Part shown: positions 9,840 to 19,069 of the stretch, piece by piece
How the letters are laid out: every line of letters begins with the position of its first letter
How positions within the stretch are numbered: position 1 is the stretch's first letter
IMG/VR virus record: IMGVR_UViG_3300037320_000111
Coordinates: 1 to 33,650 of that record
From: a virus
Direction: 5' to 3' (one strand)
DNA length: 33,650 nucleotides
Position numbers and translations under genes: made by a program
Notes under the pieces: generated by a model
The model's database searches: none
Told to the model about the DNA's origin: nothing
Seen by the model: only the letters and a program-made list of their open reading frames with translations

Positions 9840-10145
9840 GGTCAATTGTTGTTCATCAAATCGCTTCCAAAATTCTTTTTGTTGTTCTAAATCTTCGAGC
9901 ATTTTTGCCGTTTCGGCTTCGGTCATATCCACCGGTGCCACATCCCAAGGCAGTGGGAATAGTTCTTGCTCCAAAGGCGGTTTTTCGGCATGGCACAGTA
10001 CATTGTAAAAAATTACTTTGCGTGCGATCAACCAACGTTCCTGGCTTAACAAATTCTCTTTATTGCGATACCCAATCAATGCATTATTAAACTGCCTAGG
10101 TGTCAGGGAATAATAGTAGTCAAACATCATCCCCATTTCACCCAT
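9819..10145 (-). CDS. Tail assembly chaperone, T segment (-1 frame part of G-T)
   Basis: The ORF lies in the -1 frame relative to the upstream 123-aa ORF. That frame stays open upstream through the slippery site. Located between the major tail protein and the tape measure. Confidence 0.7.
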   Translation of the reverse strand: MGEMGMMFDYYYSLTPRQFNNALIGYRNKENLLSQERWLIARKVIFYNVLCHAEKPPLEQELFPLPWDVAPVDMTEAETAKMLEDLEQQKEFWKRFDEQQLTKKAEGI

Positions 10146-10180
10146 TGCAATTTCTTCTAATTCATCCCAATCGGGTTGTT

Positions 10181-10552
10181 TTATTTCTTGATGGCTTTCT
10201 TCGGTACCGCTTGCAGCTTTCCCGGTTCTTGTGGTTGTTGGCGCGGCATTGATGCAATGATCTGTGCCGTTAATTTTTCCAATGCTTGTGGATCACTATA
10301 AAAAGCATGAATGATGTCATCTTCTTCCGGGTTAAAATCCGGATTGTTTCCCGCTTCGATGGCAGCAACCAACAAATCTTCCAAAATATCCATTTGGTCA
10401 AATTCGTTTCCTTCTCCATCCAATACCGCTAATTTTCCCGCAACGGTTTCCATATTTGGACAATTCCATTTGCGGCCCAAAATCCTAAATACTTTCAACC
10501 CGAATACCAGGTTGAAAGTTTTAGCATTTATTTGTAGTTTAAAACTATCCAT
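10181..10552 (-). CDS. Tail assembly chaperone G
   Basis: 123 aa, acidic. Canonical position after the major tail protein. Contains the slippery heptamer 12 codons before its stop. Confidence 0.75.
   Translation of the reverse strand: MDSFKLQINAKTFNLVFGLKVFRILGRKWNCPNMETVAGKLAVLDGEGNEFDQMDILEDLLVAAIEAGNNPDFNPEEDDIIHAFYSDPQALEKLTAQIIASMPRQQPQEPGKLQAVPKKAIKK
10217..10223 (-). other. Programmed -1 ribosomal frameshift site G GGA AAG
   Basis: The heptamer is in X XXY YYZ register: GGA is codon 111 and AAG is codon 112 of the G ORF, checked arithmetically from 10552. The -1 frame has no stop from here to the T ORF. It is the same heptamer as lambda G/GT. Confidence 0.75.
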
Positions 10553-10971
10553 TATACCACTGCGCTAATTACATAATCCCCATTTCCGGTGAAAGATGCG
10601 TCTGCTGTTGCCACTCCATTTGTAGGTGCAGAAGCATTGATGGAGGCAATGAAAGCTTGTCCGGTGATCACAAAATCACCGGCAATGTCAGTGGTGAAAG
10701 ATACGGTCACTAATTCCCCCGCTTGATGCTTAGTCAACAATGCAACAAAATCATGTTGTGTTGATGCTGTTGCTTTGTCAGCTACTAACATATTTGTAGA
10801 CAATCCCCATTCGTAATTCCCTGGCGTTTGCAAGGTTCCGTTCGTGTCTTTTGATGCGATTCCTTCCAACTGCATTGTTGAATTGAATGAACATTCTGTG
10901 GCGTGAAACACTGTTTCTGCGCCAATTCTAATTCTTAAATTCTTCCCTTTGTAGGTGCTTCCTTGTGCCAT
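10552..10971 (-). CDS. Major tail protein (TP901-1/phi13-like)
   Basis: 139 aa. N-terminus MAQGSTYKGKNLRIRIGAETVFHATECSFN resembles the TP901-1 family major tail signature. Immediately precedes the chaperones. Confidence 0.8.
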   Translation of the reverse strand: MAQGSTYKGKNLRIRIGAETVFHATECSFNSTMQLEGIASKDTNGTLQTPGNYEWGLSTNMLVADKATASTQHDFVALLTKHQAGELVTVSFTTDIAGDFVITGQAFIASINASAPTNGVATADASFTGNGDYVISAVV

Positions 10972-10974
10972 TTT

Positions 10975-11316
10975 TTAGTATTTTTTAAAATTAATAATTC
11001 CCACAAAACTTTGATTATCTTCAATAAAATCGATTGTCGAAGATTCCCAATCGTATTCCGTTTCTATTATATTTTTGATTGCATCTGTCGCTTGCGCGCA
11101 TGCCTTGTATTTATTTGGATCAAACCACAACATCAAAGCAACTGTTGCTTCTTTACCATCTTTTGATGATGCATTTTGTTCATTTATTCGATAGGTTGCA
11201 AAAGGAAACGTTGTCGATTCTTTTGCGAAATAAGGCGAAATCCTTTGCCCCATCACCGAAGTGAATCCGGCTTGCGCCAATAAAAATGCGGTGATTTCTT
11301 CGCTTATTTCTAACAT
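10975..11316 (-). CDS. Tail completion / tail terminator-like protein (DUF3168-like)
   Basis: 113 aa. Called from its size and its position between the gp10-like protein and the major tail protein. The motif match is weak. Confidence 0.5.
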   Translation of the reverse strand: MLEISEEITAFLLAQAGFTSVMGQRISPYFAKESTTFPFATYRINEQNASSKDGKEATVALMLWFDPNKYKACAQATDAIKNIIETEYDWESSTIDFIEDNQSFVGIINFKKY

Positions 11317-11317
11317 T

Positions 11318-11830
11318 TTACTTCCCTATTTTATTAATTCTTCTTTGAATAAACTTCGCCATCTTTTTTTCTGAATCTGCTGTGACTGTGGATTGCGTTT
11401 GCAAATAAGCATTTTTAAGAAAAGGATTTGCTTTGGTTCGCTTCCTTGCCGCCGCCATATTTGCGCCTTTTTTACGTTTGCGCTTGAATCCTTTATTGTA
11501 AATATTTACACCCTCATGCACAAAATGTGCATACCATCCATTTTGACTTCCTTTTGCCCTTGCGCCCACATAAATTGTTGGCTCTGGTCCTTTTCCGGTA
11601 ATCAATCCCAACGCCTTTTTCAAGTTTCCAGGACTTATAATTTTACCCCTTGCAACGTGTTGTTTTTTAGATATTGGCGCGGTTATTCTTGCCGCATTCA
11701 ATGTTGGTTTCGCCACTTGTCTAAGGATCATCAGCATTTCACGTTTCTTGGTTTTGTCGTTTGCTTCAGCCATTATCAGCCGCTTCAATTCCTCAAAACC
11801 TTCTACTTGAACATTGATGCCATTACTCAT
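11318..11830 (-). CDS. HK97 gp10-family head-tail joining protein
   Basis: 170 aa. Conserved-looking core IYVGARAKGSQNGWYAHFVHEG. Position in the neck module. Confidence 0.7.
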   Translation of the reverse strand: MSNGINVQVEGFEELKRLIMAEANDKTKKREMLMILRQVAKPTLNAARITAPISKKQHVARGKIISPGNLKKALGLITGKGPEPTIYVGARAKGSQNGWYAHFVHEGVNIYNKGFKRKRKKGANMAAARKRTKANPFLKNAYLQTQSTVTADSEKKMAKFIQRRINKIGK

Positions 11831-12155
11831 TTTGATGTACCATTATTTCCAAAAACCGTTTCCTTCCTATTTCCTTAACATGATACACATCAAATCGATC
11901 CGCACCATCCAGGACCACCAATTGATTTGCTTTGACTTTAACCGCAGCATTGTATCTTATGGTGTAGGATCTATTTATTGAATGTCTTACTTTACCTTCT
12001 ACATCTTCACTACCAGACATCTCTTTTAAATGTGCAAATGGTTGTGCGATCATCGCATCACTCACTTCTTCTTCACCGGTAGAATTGCGGGTTTTTATTT
12101 CCTCAATTACCTGGATCATGCGGCACATTTGCCCGATGTATGGCATTTTTTCCAT
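11823..12155 (-). CDS. Head closure / head-tail adaptor (SPP1 gp16-like)
   Basis: 110 aa. C-terminal pattern YTIRYNAAVKVKANQLVVLDGADRFDVYHVKEIG is typical of this family. 8-nt overlap with the next gene. Confidence 0.7.
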   Translation of the reverse strand: MEKMPYIGQMCRMIQVIEEIKTRNSTGEEEVSDAMIAQPFAHLKEMSGSEDVEGKVRHSINRSYTIRYNAAVKVKANQLVVLDGADRFDVYHVKEIGRKRFLEIMVHQNE

Positions 12156-12156
12156 G

Positions 12157-12705
12157 TTAGTATTTTTTGTAAGGTCTTAACAATGCAGCCGAAGCCGTTG
12201 TGATTGTTTCTGTTCTATCCTCGCGGCGTTCGTACATATCAGCCAATTGCAGCAATATGGCTTGAACGACCGGTTTAGGTGTTGTTACATACCCCAATTT
12301 TATAGTCACGGTAACGGCATCAAAGTTTTTTTCAATAGCCGGTAATTCTTTTAAAAATCTCAGCACAAAATGTTTGTCGCTTTGCTGTGTCAGTTTATAA
12401 TCAGTTGAAGGCATCGTGATTTCTTCACCGCCATCCTCCGGGAAATAAGAAACACTATCCACACTTTGCAGCGGGAAGGCTTCGAATATTAAAGGATTAT
12501 CAAAACAATCCATTTCGATAATCATGTCCTTTGCCACAATAGCCGATCCGGTGAAATTCTCGCAATTAGCGATTGCAGTATCGATGTATGATTGTATCAA
12601 ATCATCTTCTTCAATGAAATCCGTTTCCAATCTTAGTTGCTTTTTAGCTTGCGCCAAAGTGACTATGATTGTTTCTGTGATCGTATAACTTACATTCGTT
12701 ACCAT
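12157..12705 (-). CDS. gp6-like head-tail connector protein
   Basis: 182 aa. N-terminal TLAQAKKQLRLETDFIEEDDLIQSYIDTAIANCENFTG matches the gp6-like connector signature. Confidence 0.7.
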   Translation of the reverse strand: MVTNVSYTITETIIVTLAQAKKQLRLETDFIEEDDLIQSYIDTAIANCENFTGSAIVAKDMIIEMDCFDNPLIFEAFPLQSVDSVSYFPEDGGEEITMPSTDYKLTQQSDKHFVLRFLKELPAIEKNFDAVTVTIKLGYVTTPKPVVQAILLQLADMYERREDRTETITTASAALLRPYKKY

Positions 12706-12709
12706 AGTG

Positions 12710-12898
12710 CTATTTTATAAATTCTGCGTATTTTGCTTCCACCAATTCATTGGCTTGGTTCGCGGGCAAATCGGCTTCTTCTTGCTCATTGTAAGCAAGG
12801 CCAAACTTCCCTGTAGGTGACAATAAAAATCTAATTTTTAAAGTCTTTGAAATAACACCCGCTTTGTCCGCGGGCGTTTCTTTATTTCCTTTACTCAT
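12710..12898 (-). CDS. Small hypothetical protein (62 aa) after the capsid gene
   Basis: ATG ORF tightly packed between the capsid and connector genes. Confidence 0.5.
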   Translation of the reverse strand: MSKGNKETPADKAGVISKTLKIRFLLSPTGKFGLAYNEQEEADLPANQANELVEAKYAEFIK

Positions 12899-12902
12899 CA
12901 GA

Positions 12903-14186
12903 TTAAACTGTGATTAATCCTTTTATTACTGAAAACGCTTTTGGTTCTTTTACCAAAACATCAGCAAAGACATTCACAGTCACTTCCACTAAACCTTCTT
13001 TTTTTCTTGAATACTCATCAACAGAAAGATCCATGAATCCCCATTGTCCGATCAATAATTGTGACCAGTCACCAAAAGCAACTGCCGAAAGGTTTGTTCC
13101 TGTTCCTTTTGTCAAGTTACCTGGCACATGGTTTGAAGTTTCCACCGCGTAACCATTCACTGTTCCATCCGTTCCCATGATATAATTCAAATCACCCGCA
13201 GCATGTTTGGATTTTTTCAATTTTCCTCTTGTTTTTGGATTCACGATGTAAGACATACGAGCCGCAGAAGCATTTTCAACAAATACATTTGTTTCTGAAT
13301 CCACGATCATATCCCAAGTAGGTGCATCACCATTCGCGCCTGTAGCCACAACTGATACTGAACCATTATTCAAGATCCCTAATGGTTGTCCTGTTCCAGA
13401 TCCATTGATCGCCGCTTTATCCATTGCATCAGCAATCGCCGCGTTGATTTGGTTAATTGTGTATAATTCCAAATCAAAAGAACTTTGAAGTAAATTTTGA
13501 AGTGAAATTGGCACAGTAACTGACAATCTTTTTGGGATCATGTCGATGTAACCATAAAGGTTTGCAGAAGCTGCAACAGTCGCTGTTTCACCTTCCCATG
13601 TTGCCACGATTCCACCTTGATTTTTAGGGAAACGAACATTTCCGCGAAGATCTCTCAAATAAGTTGCCCCTAATTTTTCAACTAATGGTGCCGGTCTAAG
13701 GAAATCAATTGGCGCTTGAAGATCAGTTGACACTAAGTTTCCACCCGCTGTTCCTGTATCTCCGGTTACTGTTTGTTTTCCGGCTCTGTTTTGCATTGGG
13801 ATAGCGATACCACCAATAGTCACGTTTGCATCTTTAGCATCTGCTAATGATCTTTCGTGTGTTTCTTTTTCGATTCCAGATAAAACACCGCCTTTTAATT
13901 GGGATGCAATCGCTCTGTGGATTGAAAACCTTTCTTTTGGCGCATCAACTACTTCAGCAACGATCACGTTGTTTGCAGCAGCAGCCGCACGCAATTCATT
14001 GGCTTCGAATTTTGCTGCTCTTTCGATTTGCGCTGTAATGTTTTCGATTTCAGAAGTTAACCCATCAAAAGAAGTGTTTTCTTCTGCTGTGAATTCTCTG
14101 TTTTCTGTTTTTGCCGCGTTGACAAAGTTTCTTTGTGCATCTAATTTCGCCGCACGATCCATTTTCAATTGATCTGAATTCTTCAT
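12903..14186 (-). CDS. Major capsid protein, HK97 family
   Basis: 427 aa. N-terminal coiled-coil delta-like region followed by an HK97-fold-sized body. Follows the prohead protease. Confidence 0.9.
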   Translation of the reverse strand: MKNSDQLKMDRAAKLDAQRNFVNAAKTENREFTAEENTSFDGLTSEIENITAQIERAAKFEANELRAAAAANNVIVAEVVDAPKERFSIHRAIASQLKGGVLSGIEKETHERSLADAKDANVTIGGIAIPMQNRAGKQTVTGDTGTAGGNLVSTDLQAPIDFLRPAPLVEKLGATYLRDLRGNVRFPKNQGGIVATWEGETATVAASANLYGYIDMIPKRLSVTVPISLQNLLQSSFDLELYTINQINAAIADAMDKAAINGSGTGQPLGILNNGSVSVVATGANGDAPTWDMIVDSETNVFVENASAARMSYIVNPKTRGKLKKSKHAAGDLNYIMGTDGTVNGYAVETSNHVPGNLTKGTGTNLSAVAFGDWSQLLIGQWGFMDLSVDEYSRKKEGLVEVTVNVFADVLVKEPKAFSVIKGLITV

Positions 14187-14188
14187 TT

Positions 14189-14809
14189 TTATTTGTTGTT
14201 TGAATTAATAATTAACTGCTTTTCACGTACGGAAAGCATTTTTGGTTCCGGCGTTTCTATCACTTCCGGTGTATCTTTTACGATTGTATTTCTTATTTCT
14301 TCGATGGTTTGCACTTCACGTTTCAATGCTTCTGGATTGCTTCCAATTGCAACAATGGACCATTCTAACAATTGCACTTCATCAAAATAAATCACATCTG
14401 GGTTTTCACTTCTTTTTTCATCACCCCAATGTCCACGAACGGGATTTGCGCCCACGCTTGCCATTCTCAAAGTTCCGTTTTGGACTTTCTTAAAAACCTT
14501 TTCGGCCAATGGATTATCTTCGGCACTTTCGAAACGTACTTTACCAATTAGCTTGTCGCCTTCCACAAAAACTTCCGATGTACCAATCACGCTGTCCGGA
14601 TTGTCACTGTTTGATCGATGTGCATATAACACCACCGGATTGCGATTGTATCGTTCTAAATCCCAACCATCGATTTTAAAAACGGTGCCATAGGTGTCCA
14701 CCGCTTCAGATGAAATCACGAATTCAACTTCACGGTTTTGGATTTGGTCTGCTGTTAAAGCACGCACCACGGCTTCACGAATCACGGGCATTTGTGTATC
14801 TATCTTCAT
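14189..14809 (-). CDS. Prohead maturation protease, HK97 family (S78)
   Basis: 206 aa. YGTVFKIDGWDLERYNRNPVVLYAHRS..VIG pattern. Located between the portal and capsid genes. Confidence 0.85.
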   Translation of the reverse strand: MKIDTQMPVIREAVVRALTADQIQNREVEFVISSEAVDTYGTVFKIDGWDLERYNRNPVVLYAHRSNSDNPDSVIGTSEVFVEGDKLIGKVRFESAEDNPLAEKVFKKVQNGTLRMASVGANPVRGHWGDEKRSENPDVIYFDEVQLLEWSIVAIGSNPEALKREVQTIEEIRNTIVKDTPEVIETPEPKMLSVREKQLIINSNNK

Positions 14810-16012
14810 TTATTTCGTGTTATTTTCTATTTTTCCCGCCGCGTTGGCGATGCTTATTGTTTGCATGTTTACCGGCCTAAGCGGTTCGTCTAATCCATCA
14901 ATTGGATTCATATCTTCCAAGGCCCTGACTTCATTTGGCGAAAAAACAGAAGCATAAATCATGTCTTTGTAATACGCTGATCTTGCTGCCAAATCACCAC
15001 GCAATAAAAATTTCTCGTTTAGCTTTACGTAATACGTTAGCTTTTCTTTATCCGTGAATATCTTTCGCGCCAATTCCTGTTCTACTCTTGAAATCCAAGG
15101 CAACAAACTGTCTTGCACATGTTCAATCGCCATTTGCTGCATGCTTGAATAAGCTGCATTTGAATTGTCTTTTAATTTTGAAGGATTGATATTTAACCAA
15201 CGCGCCACCTCGATTACGCCATTTTTGTTGGTTTCTAAGAATTGCGCTTCGGCCGGTGTGATGGTGATGGATTTGTATTTCATTCCACTGTCCAACATTG
15301 GCACTTTGAAGGCGTTTTTTTGTGACATTTTAGACACAAATCCATCTTCAATTGCTTTTTTGTTTGGGCCTGTAACATCCTGATCACTTTCAATCACACC
15401 ATAACCCAAGCCACGATCTTTGTAAACTGTGGAAGCATAATCCTGTGCTTCTAAGGAAACACCAATTTGCTTTGCAGCGAATGTCACAATAGGAATTCCC
15501 ACAATGCCATCATAGGACAAACCTTTGAAATGCAACATATCATCACTATCAATCAATTTTCCTTTATAGGTATAATATAATTTATCACCCACGCGCTTCA
15601 CCTGGACATCGCCATGATCTAAGAAGATCCACGATTCTTGTGCGCCGGTGTAGCTGTTGCGGTTTATTTTTGCGAAGGCATTTCCTTTTAGAATTACTGA
15701 AATCATCACCACTTTCCAAAAATCGAAAGAAGTCATCATTTCATTGGGTGCCACCGCCATCAAATAATTGACCGGATGTTCCGGCATGGCAAAGCGGTTT
15801 TCCCCTTCTTTGCGAAAAATTCCCTTTGGCAGCTTCGCAATATCATTTGATAATTGGTCCACGCCGTTATAAAATGCCGATAGTGTCATGGCAGACTTTG
15901 AAGTCACTGCCGCAGAACCACCACCAAAAAAAGGCATATCAAAGAAGGATTCATTGCCCGAAGCGGTGCTTCTTGTTGCAAATAAATTTGAAAATGCGCG
16001 ATCTATTGACAT
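14810..16012 (-). CDS. Portal protein, HK97 family
   Basis: 400 aa. Its stop is adjacent to the protease start. Size and position are typical. Confidence 0.85.
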   Translation of the reverse strand: MSIDRAFSNLFATRSTASGNESFFDMPFFGGGSAAVTSKSAMTLSAFYNGVDQLSNDIAKLPKGIFRKEGENRFAMPEHPVNYLMAVAPNEMMTSFDFWKVVMISVILKGNAFAKINRNSYTGAQESWIFLDHGDVQVKRVGDKLYYTYKGKLIDSDDMLHFKGLSYDGIVGIPIVTFAAKQIGVSLEAQDYASTVYKDRGLGYGVIESDQDVTGPNKKAIEDGFVSKMSQKNAFKVPMLDSGMKYKSITITPAEAQFLETNKNGVIEVARWLNINPSKLKDNSNAAYSSMQQMAIEHVQDSLLPWISRVEQELARKIFTDKEKLTYYVKLNEKFLLRGDLAARSAYYKDMIYASVFSPNEVRALEDMNPIDGLDEPLRPVNMQTISIANAAGKIENNTK

Positions 16013-16030
16013 AGTTGTGTAATTTATTTG

Positions 16031-16079
16031 GTAAAATTACATAGCTAGTTTAGGTTAGCCGGTTAAAGATTTTAACTTT
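16031..16079 (-). promoter_or_regulatory. Late promoter-like module, copy 2
   Basis: Minus strand reads AAAGTTAAAATCTTTAACC GGCTAACCTAAACTAGCTATG TAATTTTAC. 22 nt (GCCGGTTAAAGATTTTAACTTT) are identical to copy 1. Lies upstream of the portal ATG (16012). Confidence 0.6.
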
Positions 16080-16080
16080 T

Positions 16081-16128
16081 AAACATAAAAAAACCCAAAG
16101 CCGTGATGGCGTTGGGTTTTATATGTTT
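16081..16128 (-). terminator. Long intrinsic terminator hairpin
   Basis: Stems aaaacccaa/ttgggtttt and gcc/ggc, plus outer aaacata/tatgttt arms, with a T-run on the transcribed strand. Confidence 0.6.
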
Positions 16129-16176
16129 AAACAACGATAATTAAGATTATCGCGTTATTAGATGTTATTACGTATA

Positions 16177-16302
16177 ATTAGCTTTTAAAATACCATTCAT
16201 TGTTCAACTTCTCAAAGTTGTATTTTAACTTTTCGATCATTACTGTCACGCTTTCAGCACCGTAGGTTTTAGGTTCTGGAAGGCGGCGAATGGCTGCCAT
16301 CA
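16177..16302 (-). CDS. Possible small ORF (41 aa)
   Basis: Hand translation: MMAAIRRLPEPKTYGAESVTVMIEKLKYNFEKLNNEWYFKS. The only sizeable minus-strand ORF in the gap before the terminator. Confidence 0.3.
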
Positions 16303-16339
16303 TGTTCTTTGCTTTTCTTTTTTCGGACATATAAAAATA

Positions 16340-16546
16340 CTATTTAGTAATTACATCACCTAATAATGCATTAATCTGGTCTAAAAATTCCACGGTTCCA
16401 ATCTCTGAAGTATTACCAGAAGAAATATATTTAATTGTCACCGTCAATTCTTCTCGTTTTAAACCAATATCCCCACCATCCGGCAAATCATTGTTTTGAA
16501 TTAACTCCCTTTTAACCTCCACGCTTTCTTTTATAAATCTTGACAT
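16340..16546 (-). CDS. Hypothetical protein (68 aa)
   Basis: ATG ORF, co-oriented with its neighbours. No family recognised. Confidence 0.5.
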   Translation of the reverse strand: MSRFIKESVEVKRELIQNNDLPDGGDIGLKREELTVTIKYISSGNTSEIGTVEFLDQINALLGDVITK

Positions 16547-16559
16547 AATTTTGTTTTTT

Positions 16560-16736
16560 TTATTTGGTTTTCATTTCATTCGATAAATACACAAATCCGG
16601 TGAACAACTCCACCAGGATCAACGCGACCGTCAATCCGGAACGCACATAATTAGTTGCAATAAAGTTCCATTCGAATAATGCGGAAGTTAAAAAAGCAAT
16701 TATAAAAGTACAAAATACGATGGTGACTACTTTCAT
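16560..16736 (-). CDS. Small two-helix membrane protein (58 aa), not in the ORF track
   Basis: Hand translation: MKVVTIVFCTFIIAFLTSALFEWNFIATNYVRSGLTVALILVELFTGFVYLSNEMKTK. The ATG abuts the stop of the upstream 83-aa ORF. Confidence 0.5.
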   Translation of the reverse strand: MKVVTIVFCTFIIAFLTSALFEWNFIATNYVRSGLTVALILVELFTGFVYLSNEMKTK

Positions 16737-16988
16737 TTATTTTTTCTTTTTGCTGTTGTAGTTTTGCATGACTTTAAAACTATTATAATCTGAATACCGG
16801 TACATTTTAAACAAATCAAAATGCAGATCATTTACTTCATCAAAGGCGGCTTTGTTTGATGGCGCGGTTTTTAAGGCTTGCCAATACGCTTCATAAAATC
16901 CGGTGCCACTGCCTAATTGTTTCATTTGTTCATTTTGCCGCTGTAGTTTTTCGATTTCAGCTTGTTGGGCGATTTCTAATTGGTTCAT
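16737..16988 (-). CDS. Hypothetical protein (83 aa)
   Basis: ATG ORF. A canonical TAGCTTTG (-7 type) box lies on the minus strand at 17018..17025, about 30 nt upstream. Confidence 0.5.
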   Translation of the reverse strand: MNQLEIAQQAEIEKLQRQNEQMKQLGSGTGFYEAYWQALKTAPSNKAAFDEVNDLHFDLFKMYRYSDYNSFKVMQNYNSKKKK

Positions 16989-17224
16989 AATAGGTTGTTA
17001 TGGGTTTTTTGGTTTCTCAAAGCTACATTTATTTCATTATTCAATAACAACAAAATAATCTTATTTTTTAGCGCCTAAAATAAAACGCGAGCGGGGCAAA
17101 TTGCAATCTAATAATCTAATAATCAAAACACTAAAATACCAAACTTATTGCGTATAAACAAATTAATTTACATAAATAGTTAAATCTTTTATTTTTATTT
17201 TACGGTTTCCCACATTATCACAAA

Positions 17225-18973
17225 TTAAATATAAAAATCTTCTTCGGGCAGTTCTCGGCTGTACTTGTTTACTTCTTCTTTTGGCGAAAGCGAACCACCA
17301 AGAGCCATCACCAATGCCACGATCCCATCCACGCGCCCGCTTGATGCGCTGCTGTCTTTTTTGGATATTTTTGTGTTTTCGTTGTGGTCAATTTGCATCA
17401 CTACTTTCGACAACATCCACTCCATTAACGGACTTCCATCATGTTTGATTTTACCTTCATAGACTAATTTTTCGAAGGTTTTTGTTGGGTGACTAAAATT
17501 AGTAATTGACTGCGAAAACCAGGCCACATCATAACCTTCATCAATCAAATCATTAGTGATGCTGTTTGCGTTCCACCGGTCAAACTCGATGCGCTTAATG
17601 TTTAAATCTTGATAATTGCCTTTTATGTAGTCTTTGATCACATTGTAATCCACACAGTTTCCCGGTGTTGAAATCAAATGGCCGGCATCACGCCAATAGA
17701 CATACGGCACACGATCTTCGCGGCTGCGCTGTTGAATGGTATCTTCTGGACAGAACAAAAAAGGCTTGAAATAACGGATTCCCTCGTTGTCTGGTTCTGA
17801 CAATACCACAAAGGCGGTGATATCAGTATTTGTCGAAAGATCGACACCGGCATAAGATCCAAATTCTTTGAATTTATCCAGGTCCACGGTTAATCTTGGA
17901 AGCGATTTATCACGGCCATAATTAATATCGTTTTTCTTCCAAATATCAGAAGGAATCCAAGTGTTGGCCCCATCCACCCATTTATTCAATGACTTAGTTT
18001 TGAAGTTAGGAATCTTTGATGGTTGGTTGATCGCTTTGATGTACTCGCGCCGCATGAAATCCATTAATGTATTGTTATACTGTACATTGGGATTTGCTTT
18101 TTGCCAATTATTTTCATCTTCCCAATCATCTTCTTCATCCATCTGGTGGATCATAATCAAAGTATGATCATCGCGGTTCAATCCAGAAAGGATGTCCTTA
18201 TACGAATCTTCAGCCAATTTACAGGCTGATTTTAAGTTAAAACCCGCGGTAGTAATAATATAAACCAAAGGATTATCCCTTGCCCCCATCGCAGATTCTA
18301 ATACTTCGCGCACGCTGTCATCTTTATGGGCGTGATATTCATCTACCAGGGCCACGGAAGGATTTAACCCATCCAAGGTCTTAGAATCCCCACCAAGGAA
18401 ACGAAACACACCGGAAGTGTGTGAAAACCGGATTTCACGTTGTGTGTTCTTGAATCCCAAAGTGCGAAGAAGTATCGATTTATTAACAAATTCATAAGCC
18501 TGTTCCCAAAGCGTTTTTGCTTGTGCTTCTTTTGTTGCTCCCACATAAATTTCTGGTCCTTGCTCACCATCTAAACTTTGACAATACAATCCCAATCCCG
18601 CCAATTGTGTTGTTTTGCCGTTTTTACGCGCTACCGCTTCATATACGAAATTGATGCGGCGCAAACCGGTTTTGGCATTGATCCATGCGAAAATATTATA
18701 TAAAGTGAATTGTTGATACGGCGAAAGTTCGAAAGGCGTTTTAGATTTTGCCATTGGGCCTTTGGTGTGCGTTAAAAACTTTGGGAAGAAATCAATCACA
18801 AACATGCCTTCTCGGTGGTCTAGGATGTAGCCATCATCTTCGGCAGCGGCGATCCAATCAAAGAAACGTTGGGCCGCTAATTTCACCCATTTGCCAGTAA
18901 CTTCCTTGCCTGACAATACATCATTGGCGTATTGAAAAGGAACAGAAGCAAGCATTTGTGGTGTTGGTTTCAT
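17225..18973 (-). CDS. terL: Terminase large subunit (Terminase_1-like)
   Basis: Walker A ARKNGKTTQLAG and a C-terminal nuclease-sized domain. The track start at 18979 is a TTG; the first ATG is at 18973 (MKPTPQ..). Confidence 0.9.
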   Translation of the reverse strand: MKPTPQMLASVPFQYANDVLSGKEVTGKWVKLAAQRFFDWIAAAEDDGYILDHREGMFVIDFFPKFLTHTKGPMAKSKTPFELSPYQQFTLYNIFAWINAKTGLRRINFVYEAVARKNGKTTQLAGLGLYCQSLDGEQGPEIYVGATKEAQAKTLWEQAYEFVNKSILLRTLGFKNTQREIRFSHTSGVFRFLGGDSKTLDGLNPSVALVDEYHAHKDDSVREVLESAMGARDNPLVYIITTAGFNLKSACKLAEDSYKDILSGLNRDDHTLIMIHQMDEEDDWEDENNWQKANPNVQYNNTLMDFMRREYIKAINQPSKIPNFKTKSLNKWVDGANTWIPSDIWKKNDINYGRDKSLPRLTVDLDKFKEFGSYAGVDLSTNTDITAFVVLSEPDNEGIRYFKPFLFCPEDTIQQRSREDRVPYVYWRDAGHLISTPGNCVDYNVIKDYIKGNYQDLNIKRIEFDRWNANSITNDLIDEGYDVAWFSQSITNFSHPTKTFEKLVYEGKIKHDGSPLMEWMLSKVVMQIDHNENTKISKKDSSASSGRVDGIVALVMALGGSLSPKEEVNKYSRELPEEDFYI

Positions 18974-19014
18974 AATCAAAACCGATGTACACCGGTGTTT
19001 TTTGAGTTATGATT

Positions 19015-19063
19015 GCAAAACTAAGTGGGTGTTTTGTTTTGATTGGTTAAAGATTTTAACTTT
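19015..19063 (-). promoter_or_regulatory. Late promoter-like module, copy 3 (with canonical TAGTTTTG -7 box)
   Basis: Minus strand reads AAAGTTAAAATCTTTAACC AATCAAAACAAAACACCCACT TAGTTTTGC, upstream of the terL ATG. Confidence 0.65.
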
Positions 19064-19069
19064 AAAAGG

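Noticed and set aside
16146-16156. 11-nt match TTATCGCGTTA shared between 16146-16156 and 19101-19111, considered as possible island boundary repeats
   Set aside because: Matches of this length are expected many times by chance in a 33-kb sequence when both strands are considered. One copy is inside the recombinase coding sequence, and the two positions do not bracket the island.
17105-17125. AATCTAATAATCTAATAATC tandem repeat in the 236-nt spacer after terL
   Set aside because: It is a very short, low-complexity A/T repeat in an A/T-rich intergenic region. Nothing links it to a function, though a TAGCTTTG -7 box nearby (17018-17025) may be the promoter for the 83-aa gene.
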